Of a stretch of 64,000 nucleotides of DNA, positions 1-12,801 are shown piece by piece. Position 1 is the first letter of the stretch. Each line of letters starts with the position of its first letter. A program made the translations under genes and the position numbers. This DNA comes from Lama glama. Its lineage: Eukaryota. Under the pieces are notes generated by a model. The model saw only the letters and a program-made list of their open reading frames with translations. It was not told the origin of the DNA and did no database searches. Location of the stretch: positions 14,448,001 through 14,512,000 of the forward strand of contig CM052818.1 of NCBI GenBank assembly GCA_028534125.1. Reading direction: 5' to 3'.

Positions 1-3000
1 ATTTGTGTAATTAGACCTTAATTTAACAGTGGCATTCCTCTGTGGCTGGTTGTTTAGAACAAAAGCAAATTCTCCCACACAAATGATATTACAAAAACAG
101 GTAGGTTCTGTGGCCAGTTCCTAAAACCTCATTTCTACAACAATACATACCAGTATGGTTCTCCTAACAAAGGCTTTATGTGAAACTCACGCAGGGCAGT
201 TCAACGTGGGATTTAAGGCTTAGCAAATCTCATGTAAATCTATCTTCTCCACCTAGCTCAGCCTGTTTTGGAATTAACGGTGGCAAAGAAAAATAAAGTC
301 CTTTTTTGGGGGGGGGGTTTGTTTTGTCTTCTTTGAGATTCATTAGTAGATTATGAAGACAGAGTATCAGGAAAATAACAGGCAAGCAAAAACCAGTGAT
401 ATCTGCTACTGGGAATAGTGGGGGCTGAGGCAAGGGCAGAAGTGTTCAGAAAATCTTGTTTTCCCGGTCAGAGGTGGGGCTCAGTCTGGCAGGAGCAAGG
501 CAGGACACTGTCTTACTCAGAGCCACCTGGAGCAACAGAGCCCCTCTTCATGCTGAGGCCCACGGAGGACAGGGACAGACCCGGGCAAGCTTGTAACCTG
601 GACGAGGACCCATGGGCTCCATTTCACCACCGAAGCTCACAGGCCCCACTCCCTCCCAATGTCAGTGTTGCCATAGGACAAACCTCTACCCCTCCAGTCC
701 CATTCTAATCTGGCCCTGGGACCTGGGACCAATGACAACATGACCAGCAGAGGTTGTGTTCACCCTTTTAACCTGGTCAGCAGATGTGAATGTCAAGGGT
801 GGGTCTTTATTCTTTATGGAACTTCAAAAAGACATTTATGAAGTTAGAGTTCATGGTAATTCAGAGTAACACATTGGAAATGAACGGTTTTCTCTGCTGT
901 CAACCCAATCCTGGTCAGAAGCAGCTTCCTGGCTCAGCCTCAGTCCCCCCACTCCCGTTCCCTGAGCTGACACACATTGAGGCAGAGACAGCAACACTTC
1001 TGGACACGGGCTCTGCCCAAGCTGGGACCAGAGGTGGGGGGGTTCTGCCCTCTGATGTTCCTGAGCACATCAGAATCGAGTGCCTGGACAACCCAAACAC
1101 CAACCACAAACCTGTGCAAATCTAACTCAAACTTCATTAAGCCGAAATGCAGGGTGGGGTTAGGGTAGAACTGTCTTGATCATTAAGCTAATGTGTTTCT
1201 CTGAACTTCACTCAGTAAAAATCAGACAAATTTCCTCCTCTGTAAAGAGGGATGAACTGGCTCCAAGAATCTATTAATCAAACAAACTTAGATACTCCAG
1301 TCCCTCAAACATTTACCTACTACCTACTGCTGGTGCTAAGTGCTGGAGCTGAAATGCCGACGGAGACATGGCTTCAGATGGAGCACAACTGTCTACGTGA
1401 CTGAGTTTTGGATCACTGGTGCAGAAAGCTCAATGCAGACTGAATGTTGCCTGACAATACACATTTAGCTGTGGACAGTAATCTAACCAGGCCTGGAAGC
1501 TCTGGCAACCTCATTCGTTCTGGAATCTGAATATGCAAGGATCCTGTGGGGTGAGCCTTTGAGGATAGATGCCCTCTCCTGCAGGGAGGGTCTCTAACAT
1601 GAGTGCCTGGCAGCCTCTGCAGCCAAGAGCAGAGTGTGGTCTATGTCCCTTCCAGAAGATTCCATGAACCAAATAAACCAGGGGGCCAAAGAGGCCAAAA
1701 ATCTCCAGTACAAATGAATAAGAGCTCTAGCTCACTCTATCTATGGTATCTTTATTTTTGGAGTAAGAAGATTAATCAGACTGCCCAACCTATAATCAGG
1801 GTTGGCTGTGAGAAATAGATAGTAAAAGCAGTCAAGGCACTTGGGGTTTTACAAAGTGGTGGTCACTGCTAAACACAATTTCTGGCACTGACTACCTGAG
1901 AGGTTGGAGATGGTGGCCTCTCATGTTCCTGCCCATCCCTACTCTCCCAGGTCTCTGGGTTACTGCCAAAGAAAGAAAAAATTATTGCTGGCAGCAAACA
2001 AAGAGAGGAGTGGGAGGGATCCACAAACAACCAAGAATTATGCTTTGCTGGTTGCTTTTTTTCCTCCCTACTAATATTTTTGTTGCCCTTCTCAGAATAA
2101 AGGGCAAAAGGCCTGATCCCATGTATTATGTGGACATTATCAAGGGCACAATCTTCTTGGTATAAAAGAATTATGGCCCTTCAAAGGTGAACAATTTACT
2201 CCCTACAGCCCTTAAGACTAGACACTGCTGGGACAAAAATAAATGTTCAAACTAACTTCTAACCACGTGACCTTTAATGATTTTTTTTAAGCTACTTTCA
2301 AAACATCATTTCAAAAGAAAAATCAATAGACAATCATACTAGGTTAAACATTAAGAGGAAAAAAAGAGGGGATTGAGAATTAGGGTTGAAAAAGTCTAGT
2401 TACCAAAATTATATTTCAAGATGCACATCACAATAAATCTAGCCTAGACTCACCTCAAAACCCAAAATGCAACAAATGACCGGCCCTCCCAGTGTGGATC
2501 CACTGGCCCACTCCCAGCTTACAAACCATCTTCCAGGCAGCCATCAGTCACAGAGGCAGGAGCCTCCTTTGTTTATCTAGTTTGTCTAGCTTGACCCACA
2601 ACCTCTCAAAGGAAGCGAGGCAACAAGACCTGCATGCTAAGGGATCACAGAACACAGACAAAACTCACTGAGGAGGAGACGGGGCTGCACTCTCTTTTAG
2701 GGGAGCCTGTTCTTGAACAGAGGGGCAGGGAGAGAGAAAACCGACTGATTTTACCCAGGCTCAGAGAGGCCCTTCTGTCCTTGGGCTAATGACAGGACAG
2801 CATACCATCTCAGCGACCCTTGCCTGTGGTCAGAGGTGTGTGGGTCAGTCCGCGTAAAGACTCATCGTGGCTGTCAAGTTACAGGGTGGAGATCAAGCTA
2901 AAAATAGGGCTTTCTGGCAGCCCTGCCAACCACCAGCATCATATTTTCCCAGTGATGTCACTGCAGATGTGGGGCTCTATCCCTGGGCGTCAGCCTTTGG

Positions 3001-3747
3001 CTCGGCCCCACCACCATCTACGGAACTGTGTGTATTCTGGCAGAAGACAGCATCCATTTTCAAAGCATTGTGAGACAAAACCTGTTGGGTCGGTTACAGA
3101 GACTGGTTTAAGAGTCCTTGGTTTCAGGTTCATAAACAAAAATCACATCAGAGATAGCCGTGGTAGCTCTGGGGAACAGAATGGGGATAACATTTTCACT
3201 GTAGGCTAACAACTCACATGCCCAAAAAGGCTTGGTGAACTCATCAGAAGCTCCAAGTTTCCAAGGAGACAAAACACCAGCCTCTCCCGCCACTCCTCAA
3301 ATAAAGAGTGTGCGGAAGAAAGCAAAAAACGCCGGAGACCTCTGAATTCAATTCCTGCCACCTTAAAACGGCAGCTCAGATTTTCCAGAGAATCAATAAG
3401 ACACCAATTTAAAATTATTCCATGATCTCAAGGGATACAGATTCATCTTGGAGCCAGCCCCTGAGCCTGGCCCTTAAATTTCCAGCACTGTGCCCTGTTT
3501 AATAGGGGACACCAGCCAAGATCTTTCTGACCAAAATGAGGCTGCTTCATTACGGTTCAACAAAATCACCCAGACTCAGAATGTTACACGGGAGCTTTCC
3601 CCAGCTTCAGTGCTCATCTAACTTACCAAGTGTCTCTTCCTCAAAAATATCATTAAGCAGAAATCAACAGGAGATGACAAGTCCACACTTGATTTTTAGA
3701 AAACACACTCCCACCTGTGGTGCAAGACACTTAGCACCCCTACTTAC

Positions 3748-3899
3748 CAGTCTTTCTCCGGAGAGGACCTCCAGCAGCTTGATGAGCATCCGTCCATCCC
3801 GAAGGTCGGTGTACAGGTCTGTGATCCGGCAGGACACCCGGGCGAGGTGGGAGTTGACCCACTTGGTGAAGGTCTTCTTCTGCACAGCTTCACGTTCAT
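3748..3899 (-). CDS. SPTBN1: SPTBN1 internal coding exon (152 bp), start of calponin-homology domain 1 of the actin-binding domain
   Basis: Translates (G|AT) [51 protein letters not shown]. Residues REAVQ, DLYTDL and SGERL fit beta-II spectrin rather than SPTB or SPTBN2 as I recall them. Acceptor ctctcttctgcttgcAG (AG at 3901-3900); donor CTG|GTAAGT (GT at 3747-3746). Phase 1 in, phase 0 out. Confidence 0.97.
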
Positions 3900-3985
3900 C
3901 TGCAAGCAGAAGAGAGCTTGTTTTACCACCAACCACAGCTTGGGCAGCAACCGACATGTACTGGTTGGGGTACGAGACCCCAGCC

Positions 3986-4057
3986 AGAGGAAGAAGAGCA
4001 AAACCATACCGTAGGGACATATAGAGGAAGAAGAGCAAAACCATACCGTAGGGACAT
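3986..4057. repeat. Perfect 35-bp direct repeat (2 copies separated by AT)
   Basis: agaggaagaagagcaaaaccataccgtagggacat at 3986-4020 and 4023-4057. Confidence 0.95.
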
Positions 4058-6912
4058 GCAGCTCTTCTTCAGCACAGTCAACAACTTGGGAACAGAGGAC
4101 TCATACAATCCTTGAACACTGGAGCTCTAAGCATAACCACCAGCAGAGTATCCTCTGCTCACATTCATTTCATTTTCTCCCACCTCTGCTGAAGAGGCAA
4201 CAGGATGCAGAAGGTCACAGTGGGGTCCTCTGCAGCTTGGCCCAGCAGTGTAATTAATACTTGACTGGTGATGCTTCCTAAGTGTATGCCATAGCTATTA
4301 CTCCTCCAAATGCAAGCGTGGGGGAAGCACAAAGTACACAGAAAGATGTGGGACAGAAAAGCTCAGGAGACAGCAAGAGATTGCTTCCCTTGTGTTCAAA
4401 GGATCAGGCAATGCCTGACGATAAGTCACTCATGACCTTGATCTGCAATGACCCTTTCACCTGCTTAGTTGTGTGTTCAGTGAACAACAAAGAAAAAGGC
4501 AAGCAACAGGGTCAAGTACAGAGACTCGGCCAGGCACTGGGAAAGCAGGGCCTGGGCCTGAGGTTTCATAAAAAATGTGCTAAGACACTGGGTTCAGTGC
4601 CCCTTTCTATGAAGTGAATGGACCACTATCATCTCCAAACTTCAACCATTTGACAAAAAGGCAGCTGCCAGTTAATGCTCTTAAGTGTGGCAATTGTACA
4701 TCTAAGTCATCCAGGAAACAGTATCAGTTTTTCAAGCCTCAGTGATCAAGTTCTGTCCAATTCAAAGCACAAAACTGTAGACACTTGTGCTTAGAACCAG
4801 CCCTCACATCCTATACAAACAGGCTTCCCATTTCCTTGCTTCTGAAGAATGTTCTCAGTGCAGGCTGCTGAAGACCTTCCACAGAGGCTCACAAAATGTG
4901 CCCTGGACCCACAACTCACTCCCCGACTGTTCTCTACAGAGCTGCTGTCCATCAGACACTAACCCTACTTCTAGTTCCATCAGCATGAACTTGTCTCAAA
5001 AGGACCCGAGACTTTCTTCTTTCACTGTTAAGCCCAAACCCACCGAGCAGTTTATACACGAGCTTTCAACTCCACTGAGTGGCAACATAAAAGCCATCCT
5101 TGCTGATGGGGCGTGTACTTGGTGTCCTCGGTTCCCAGGCTGGCCAGAGCATCCTGGGAATGTCAGCCTGGAAGGCTCCGCTGAAGTCTCCACCCACCGC
5201 AGGCAGGGAGCGAGGCAGAGACAACAAGAGATGAGCCTTTACTGCTGCCGACCTGGCAGGTGAGGCTGACGGGGCACCTGCCAACACAGCCACCCACCTG
5301 CACAGCCAGCAGCTCCTCCCTGCCCAGCCTCCCCCTAAGGGAACAGCCCGCCAGAGGAAAAGAGGGCCTTTCCCCCTGGACAACCAAAAACAGACAAAGG
5401 ATCAGAAAGGGCAGGGCTAGGGGAAGAAGAAAGAAGGCAGTGAGGGGAACAGTACAGACTGAAAAGGGAGCTGCACCAATAACATCACGATGGGTCACAG
5501 AGAAAAGATCCCATGCATTTTTAACCACCAATCATCCTGATGGAGGGTAACTTTATGACAGTGACATGAGAGCTGTATTTTTTGGCCTAAGGTTGTCTGT
5601 TTTGAAAGAGCAGGTCCAGAGCTGAGTACACAGATGTGTGAAGCTTCTCCTAGATACATGTCACAGATGGTAAGGTAATTTGTGGTTCAGATGCATTTAG
5701 GGTCAACTTTTTAAAATTATGGTATCTTTTATGCGCTACACTGGAGTTAGAAATGTCTTTAATAAAGCCCTTGATGGGTATCCTAGGCTGTAATTAAAGG
5801 GTTTGGGGCTCAAAGTCACTACCACACCCAGCCTATCGAGGCAATAAGATCAAAATGAAAACCTGCTTGGATTAAGTTATTTCTAAACAAACAAGTACCA
5901 AATGTGTCCTCCACCAACTATCACTCCTCTGGGTGAATCTCATATTACAGAAACACCTCAGCTTCTTTCAGGCTCTGAATGAACAGGTTCCTTTACAAGG
6001 AGATTCCAAGGATTTGCTTCCAGACAGTCAACGTGCACCCCCAGCACCCTGTCCTGAAGAGTCACAGCCCAGGCCTAACCCTCCTCCCAACGAAGATGTC
6101 ACAGGTGGAGCAGAGAGATCTGAGAGGAAACAGAATGGGCTGAGGGCTCCCTGGGGCTGGTGCTGATCCTCAGGAAATCCACAAGAAGGGAGGAAAGAAG
6201 AGGAGGAAGACAAGTTCAAAAACACAGTTAAAGAAAGGAGTGAGAGCTTGCTTTCTTGCCCCCTCCTCCTTCCCCTCGCTCTCTTCTGCTCCTGGCATCA
6301 GGAATAGGTTCCAGGGAGCACATATGTGCTGGAAAAGCAGAGGGTCCATGCTCCTCGGGCTCGCACCACCACACTGGAAAAGGCGTGGAAGATTCCATCC
6401 AGAGACTGGACCAGAATCAACACCCTCATGACACACTAGGGGCAGGAAACGGGCTCAGTCAAGAGCCACAAAGCCCAGCCAGTGTGGCGTGTCCTCTTAC
6501 AATGGAGTGCTTGGTGAAGAACAAACCCTTCTGAGGCCGGAAGGAGGGGAAGGGAGGGAAGAAAATCTACCCAGCAGCGGGCCAGCTGAGGATGAGGCTG
6601 CCTGTCCTTGGGGACTTCGTCCTTTGTTCCACCCTTCCTGGGAAGGCACAATGACATCACCCCTCACTCCCAACCCAGCGAGGCCGGGGCAGATTAGGCC
6701 AGATGCTGGCCCGAGGAGGAGCTGGAGGCCCTTGACACAGACAGAGGAAGACAGTCCACAGGCATGCTTCCAACTTCAAGCCAGAGCTGGGTGAGGAGGC
6801 GGTGGGAGTTGTAGAGGGAAGGGCACCCACTCCTAGTTCTTCAAGTATGAGCGACTCTGGAGAGGTGAAAAGGGAACCCTCCCAAGTTCCCTTCTGATTT
6901 GGTTATTTAGAC

Positions 6913-7147
6913 CAGTGGATCTCAATGGGGAGCGATTCTGCTCCCCAGGGGACACTGGGCAATGTGCGGAGACAGGTCTGACTGTCACAACCGGGGGGCA
7001 GGTGCCATGCGCATCTAGTGCATAGAAGCCAGGGATGCCGCTAAACATCTACAGGGCACAGGTAGCCCCCATGACATGGAAGTATCCAGCCCCAAATATC
7101 AGTAGAGCTTTGTGTGTGTGTGTGAGGGGGGTTGTTGAGAAACCCTA
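6913..7147 (+). mobile_element. MER20 (hAT-Charlie non-autonomous DNA transposon), near full length, with a short (TG)n inside
   Basis: cagtggatctcaa...ccccaggggacactgggcaatgtgcggagaca...tgtcacaac...catctagtg...gccagggatgccgctaaacatc...gttgagaaaccct matches the MER20 consensus. Degenerate 8-bp TSD atttagac / gttcagac. Confidence 0.9.
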
Positions 7148-8001
7148 GTTCAGACATTCTGGGCTTACACCAACCCCAGCTGGCATTAGGACACCTGAGT
7201 TGGGGTGCTATTCATTCATGACTCCCTTTACTCGCATCAAAGGGTGTTTGATCCTGATGGCGTGCTGGTTGGTTGATGGCAGCAGAAACTCCCTGCCCTC
7301 AGGCCTGCTCATCCCACAGAAAGCTGGCTGCTTCCTTGAAAGGCAGAGGGAGAAACACAGGGGTGGGCTTGGCCTGGGTAAGTGTGACACAGGCATTTCT
7401 GTCCCCCATGCCACTTCCGCGCTCCTTTCCCCTTCCCGGGCCTTGTACTGCTGTTCAAGTCAAATCCTGCCTGCCTCTCCCCAGAACTGACCCGAAGGAG
7501 CCCAACGCTCTGGCAGGTCCCACCAGCTGTGCCCCAAACTCCACAGGTTGTGCCTCCAAGGACCAGGTACCCATGGCTGCTCCCTGTGAGCATCTCAGCT
7601 GTGCTGCCCTCACTCCGCATTACACTGATGTCGAGATGTCGAGGGACTCACCTAGAGGTTGCTCTGGACATTCAACGAGAGGATGTGAAGTTCACCTCAA
7701 AGTGCCCGGCGTGTTATAACTGCTCATACCCTGGTTCCCTCTCCCTCTCCCCAGCAAAGCAGCCCTCTCAACAACTCAAACCACTGGAGAAACTTACCAG
7801 GGAGCATGGAATCACATTCCCTAAAGGTGGAACAAAGCTTTAGAAGTCATCTGAATTAGCTTTCTTTCAAAAGCAAAAACTCCCTTCTACTGCACCTGGA
7901 CCAGCTAGTTAAAAATTCCAAAAAACAGGGGGAAACTGTATACGTAGCAGGAGATTGTTAATAGCTGTATAGAAAGAAAATGGCTTACTATTTTTTATTA
8001 A

Positions 8002-8152
8002 AATAATACTAGCATTCACTGTGCACTTACTATGTCCCAGGTATCGATCTGTGTGCTCTACACTAACTACTCCATGAGGTAGGATCTAGTAACTCTCCAG
8101 GGCAGGCTGGCTCCAAAGATCAGGTTCTCAATCACTATGCAATAATGCCTCT
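8002..8152 (-). mobile_element. MIR fragment
   Basis: aataatactagcattcactgtgcacttactatgtcccagg...catgaggtagg...ctggctccaaaga...tctcaatcactatgcaataatgcctct resembles reverse-strand MIR. Confidence 0.6.
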
Positions 8153-10449
8153 GCCACAACATTAGAAAAAAGAAAAAACATGGATCAGTGATACAAGATA
8201 AACAATCAAGGATCATCTGTAATCTCACCATCCTAACCCAAGTCCTTATTTTGTGTAAGGGGCCGCTCTATCACTGGCTAGCTCCAATTATTGGGATGCT
8301 GCCTCCCTGAAGACTAGATCTCACTCTGAGCCCATCCAGGCTCACTCTGCCTTTGAAGCTATGGAAAATAGGTCTTTTCACTCCTCCACAAAGAGGCCTT
8401 CAGGTCCAAACACTCCTCACCGACCCCTCTTTGCATGACTGTCACCATGGGGTGGGCAGAATGGAACCCAAGACGGTACCTGAGGACATGGCCACCTCTT
8501 GGTCACCTGAGTATCACCGTATACTACAGATACAAGCCTGGACTCGAGGCAGCTGCAGCACCAGCAGTCCAGAGACAGAAAAAGTGGAGAACCACGTAAA
8601 AAAAAAAGGGCAAAAAGAAACCAGCAGCCCTCTGCAGGAGGGAGCCTTGTGAGGCAGCCTGTGCGTCAGTGCAGGGGTGGTGGTCAGGAAGATGCTCTCA
8701 AAATAAGTTTGCCAGAACCACAAATTTTACCAACATGCCTCTGGAACCCTGAGAACCTAAGAATCAGAAGCTCTTCTAAGTGCAAAGGTCCAGCCAGCTA
8801 AGCCTTAGCAACTCCACAGAAGCAAAGGGAAAAACCCAATCTTGACTGAGAGGCAACATCTGCAACAGCTTTTGATTGGAAGGCATCAATTATGACATTC
8901 TAACATGGTGCTCCTTCCTGAAAACAGAATTTTACAAGATGGAGGGCCTGCAAGTAACACCATCACACATTTGAACAGCAATTTATACTTTATCAAAGCT
9001 CACTAGATCTGCACAACAACTCTGTCAGGGAGATGGGACACTAGCATCGTGATCTCCAGCAAAGCCGTAGGCTTGGTGAGGTGATGGGGTGCTCAGTGTC
9101 ACCAGCCAGCCGTGGCGGGGCTGGTGTATGCTGGCTGCCCTTGGGCTGCTCTGTCTCTTCCACTGTTCGGGTTAAAAGGATCAGAGTATTTGGCTACATG
9201 TTCTCCTCCAAGTACCAAGATTCACTTTCCTTTGTTCTTGATATGTAACTTGAAATTTTCAGAAGATGATGAGATATTTAGAACAGAGAAACATATTTGC
9301 TTAATTTTAACCAAAGGGCTGTGAATATCCTCTCCACCATCTCCTTCTAAAAGCACCTAATCAACTTCCTTTCTTTTCAGGGAATGACTATGATCGATAC
9401 TAGAAGGTTGAAACACTTCAATAGTTATTTACTCTGGAGAATTGGCTGTAACTGGAAAAACAAACATGGTGTTAACATGAGTTAAGCTACAGGATAGAGA
9501 AATAGCCTTGATGAACAGAAGGGCATTGTGTTACAGAAATGACTGTACAGTGTCTTTCTGCAACACACTCTGTACAGAATGTTAAACATAACCATATTCA
9601 CCATATGCCACAGTCCTAACTATGGAAAGGGCTGGGAGCCAGGGAGGAAGAAAGGCCTGAAGGTAACCATCTCGGGATGGAAAAGAAGGGAAATACAGAA
9701 ATAAGAACTGACAAATGACCCCATTCATTATTCCCTCAAAGACTGAATTCATACCTGGCTGAGGGGAGCTAATCTTTCTTCTACTTTTCAAATAGTCTGA
9801 ACCTGCTGGTGTAACCCAATAATATTTTCTATCAGGATATCCTCAACTGTGCTAAGATAATGGCCTATCTTAAGAGTTGTATGATTTTCTTTTTTTTTGC
9901 ATAGACACATAGCTAAGTTAGGTGCAGACTTGAGTTCATAGGAGGGAAAGCGGTACAAGGATGGAAGCTAGAAAGAAATCAAAAGGAGATAAAGCAATCA
10001 TAACACGAACAGATCCACATAACTGGCTACTGAAATCAACAACACTGTAGAGCTAGCCGAGTAAGGACCGATCTCAAGTTTAGAGTATTAATAAGCTCCA
10101 GTATTTACAAAGCGCATATTGCATGCAGAACTCTCTATATAAGATAAGCTCTTATGCCCTCCACCAACTAGAAGCTAAACGGAAAGTTAAAAAATAACAA
10201 AAGATATTACAAAGCAGTACAGGATCAGTTGCTAAGAGAATGATTTCAGCAATGTATTTTGGGTGTTTGGAGGGAAAAACTCACCACAATTAGGATGGTT
10301 TCAGGCCCCAACCTCTGCCAGTGACTGAAATCCTCTGCCTTGTGTCTTTCCTGTTCTTACCCTCCTTAAACATCACTGCCTTTAGTTGTCTTCCCCAAAC
10401 AGTGGTTTTTCAAAGTTACGCCACTGAACCAAAACCTTCAACGGCCCCC

Positions 10450-10890
10450 AGCCATCTACAAGAGGGTCCAAATCTGAGCCTGGCTTTCAAGGGTCCTGAG
10501 CAGCCTCTCCCAGGGAACCTGCTTCCCCTGGGATCTTCCGTGACATGCACTCATCTTCATGTTCCATCCAACCCTAGAGATCTTCTTCATCATGTTCTCA
10601 GCTCTCATCTCACATAGTCCTCTTTCCCACCTTTGCTTACACCACCTTCCTAACCTGGAAGGTACTTTCTCTTCTCTCACCCTCCTTTTAGGACCCAGGC
10701 CAAGATCAGCTCTTCCAAAAGGACTTCACTGACAGGATGAGTTCATTCTTATCTTTTTATTATGTATCCTGTGTCCTATCTCCTCAATTAACCTGTAACT
10801 GCCTCCAGGGCAGGGACCCAATTCACATCCATTTAGAGCCTCAGCATGTGCCTGGCAGTGTGGGTGCCCAAAAAACAGTCTTGAATCTTG
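10450..10890 (+). mobile_element. L2 3' fragment
   Basis: Ends in ctgtaactgcctccagggcagggacc...cctcagcatgtgcctggcagtgtgggtgcccaaaaaacagtcttgaat, typical of the L2 3' end. Confidence 0.6.
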
Positions 10891-12608
10891 CTGCTGCTGG
10901 TGGCACCAATGAAACTGTTAACGAAGAAAAAAATTCCAAATCACACAGACAGGCCCCAAATAGTTAAACGTTATGGTCTCAGGTCACTAAAAACTTTAAC
11001 AACTGAATTGTAATAGTAGTTCAGGGTCTGATAAATGACGAATATGCAGTTTTGTGGTACTGTCTTTCAGATTAAAAGGAGTCCAAAGCTAATCTAAAAA
11101 GTTTCACAAAATTTTATTTGTTTTCATTTTGTTTTGGGGCAAATGCCACCATATACCCATACAGTAAGAGTGAAGCCGTAAAACACATCAGGTTGTAACT
11201 GCAACATTATTTTAACGTGACCCAAACAGGCCAATAGTCACAAGACTTAAAGTATACCAATTTTAACTGATTCATTTAAGCTCAATCCTTGAGCTGTTTA
11301 AAAAAAAAAAAGTTCTAATTTAAAACAAAAGAATACAGCAGGGTGGAGTCCCTCTGTGTGCCTTGGCTTGAAAAAATAAATAAAACATTTCCCATGAGCA
11401 ACATGCAAAATACACCAAGCAGGAAACTGGAAACAGGCAACTGGCTGTACTGATAATAGAGAATCAAACTGTTATCTTGAGGCAGCAAAAGGAAGGAAAC
11501 TAATCTTTTGACTGAAGGCCCTGTGACGGATTCGTCTGGGGGCCTTTAATTTATGTTTGCTGATTTGTATATAAATAGAACTTGAGTTAAAATACTTTTC
11601 CTAACAGTTTAACCCACTTCATGGACAACACACATGTAAACATCTGTTCTAAATGCATGTGTAGCAAACATGCCATTCTCTGCTAACACTTAACACTCTG
11701 ATGGCAGACTATAAAACCACCCCAAACTCTCTGTAAGGCACCTACAGCTGACATCAGAGGGGCAGGCCCTGCTCACAGCTTCCAGAGGGTCTCTCTTCTG
11801 GGCGGTCAACATGGACACCAAGGCCCTGCAGGGACCCTCTGGAGGACACCCTCAGTGCTGAACTGAGAAAGCAGGCCAAGCTGCAGGGGTCCTGCCCCAT
11901 GTCCACCATGGTTATCACCTCAACGGGAGCCCCTTAAAGTCGTAAACCACAGAAGCCCAGGGGTGGAGGAGGCTGAGGTCACGGTGGGGGCCAGCTCCAG
12001 CTCTGAGAGCGAGTGGGCAGAGCAACAGCACAGATTTCTCCGACAGGAGAGCCGTGGCGAGAACCAGAGTGAAAGAAGCAGTGAAGAAGCCAAAACCAGG
12101 AGGGAAAAATATGAGCCTCGGAAAACAGAGATGGGACCTTAGGAAGAAATATTCAGAAACCATTGGCTCAATGTGCCTGGAAATGGGTCGCCCACAGACG
12201 GGAAGCCATCAGTGAGCCTGCCACTCTGCTCCTCCCCCTACGGGCCTGGGGCGGGCCAGCAGGGAGCAGCCAGGACCACTGCCGGGCAGAAACAGGAGGA
12301 CTAAGGATGCTGTCGGTCCTTCTAGGCTCCTACGCACTGCTGGACCCGTGTCAGGCTCCCCCTTCACCCTACCTGGTTCGTTAGAAGCCACCAGTTCTAA
12401 CTAGACGAGGCCGGGAAAGGTTCCGGTGACTCTCCTGAGGGCGCAAGGCTGGTGGAGGCATATCCAGGACCAGAACCTTGAAGGGCCCCAAGTACCCCCT
12501 CAGAGCGCCGCCACACGCTGCCCGAGGGAAACGAGACGTCACCTCCCCAAACAGCACAAAAATTGCAGCCGTCCACCTCAGCTCAGTTCCTTCGTGACTG
12601 AAATTTAA

Positions 12609-12801
12609 AGCGGGCATTGGCGCACACGGGCCTTACAGCCTGTTTCTGACAGCCGAGGAGCCAGAAGGGGTCTCCTCTCTTCCGAGGGTCGGGGAGAGGC
12701 GCCAGAGGAGGATGAGCAGATTTAACAGAGACTCTCTGTGGCCCGCAAAGCCTCACAGGGCTCCTGTCTGGCCCTTTACAGAAAAAGTGTGTCAACTCCT
12801 G
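12609..12801 (+). mobile_element. MER58-family hAT element (diverged, GC-shifted)
   Basis: 3' end tggcccgcaaagcct...tctggccctttacagaaaaagtgtgtcaactcctg matches the MER58 terminus; internal gcctgtttctg. Confidence 0.75.

Noticed and set aside
3664..4044. 126-aa ORF containing the spectrin CH1 motif, read as a stand-alone gene or with an N-terminal hydrophobic extension
   Set aside because: Only 3748-3899 is spectrin-like and it is bounded by canonical splice sites. The flanks are intron read-through, and the repeated peptide comes from the 35-bp duplication.
3986..4057. CRISPR-like 35-bp direct repeats
   Set aside because: Only two copies with a 2-bp gap, no spacers, no cas genes, and a mammalian intron context.
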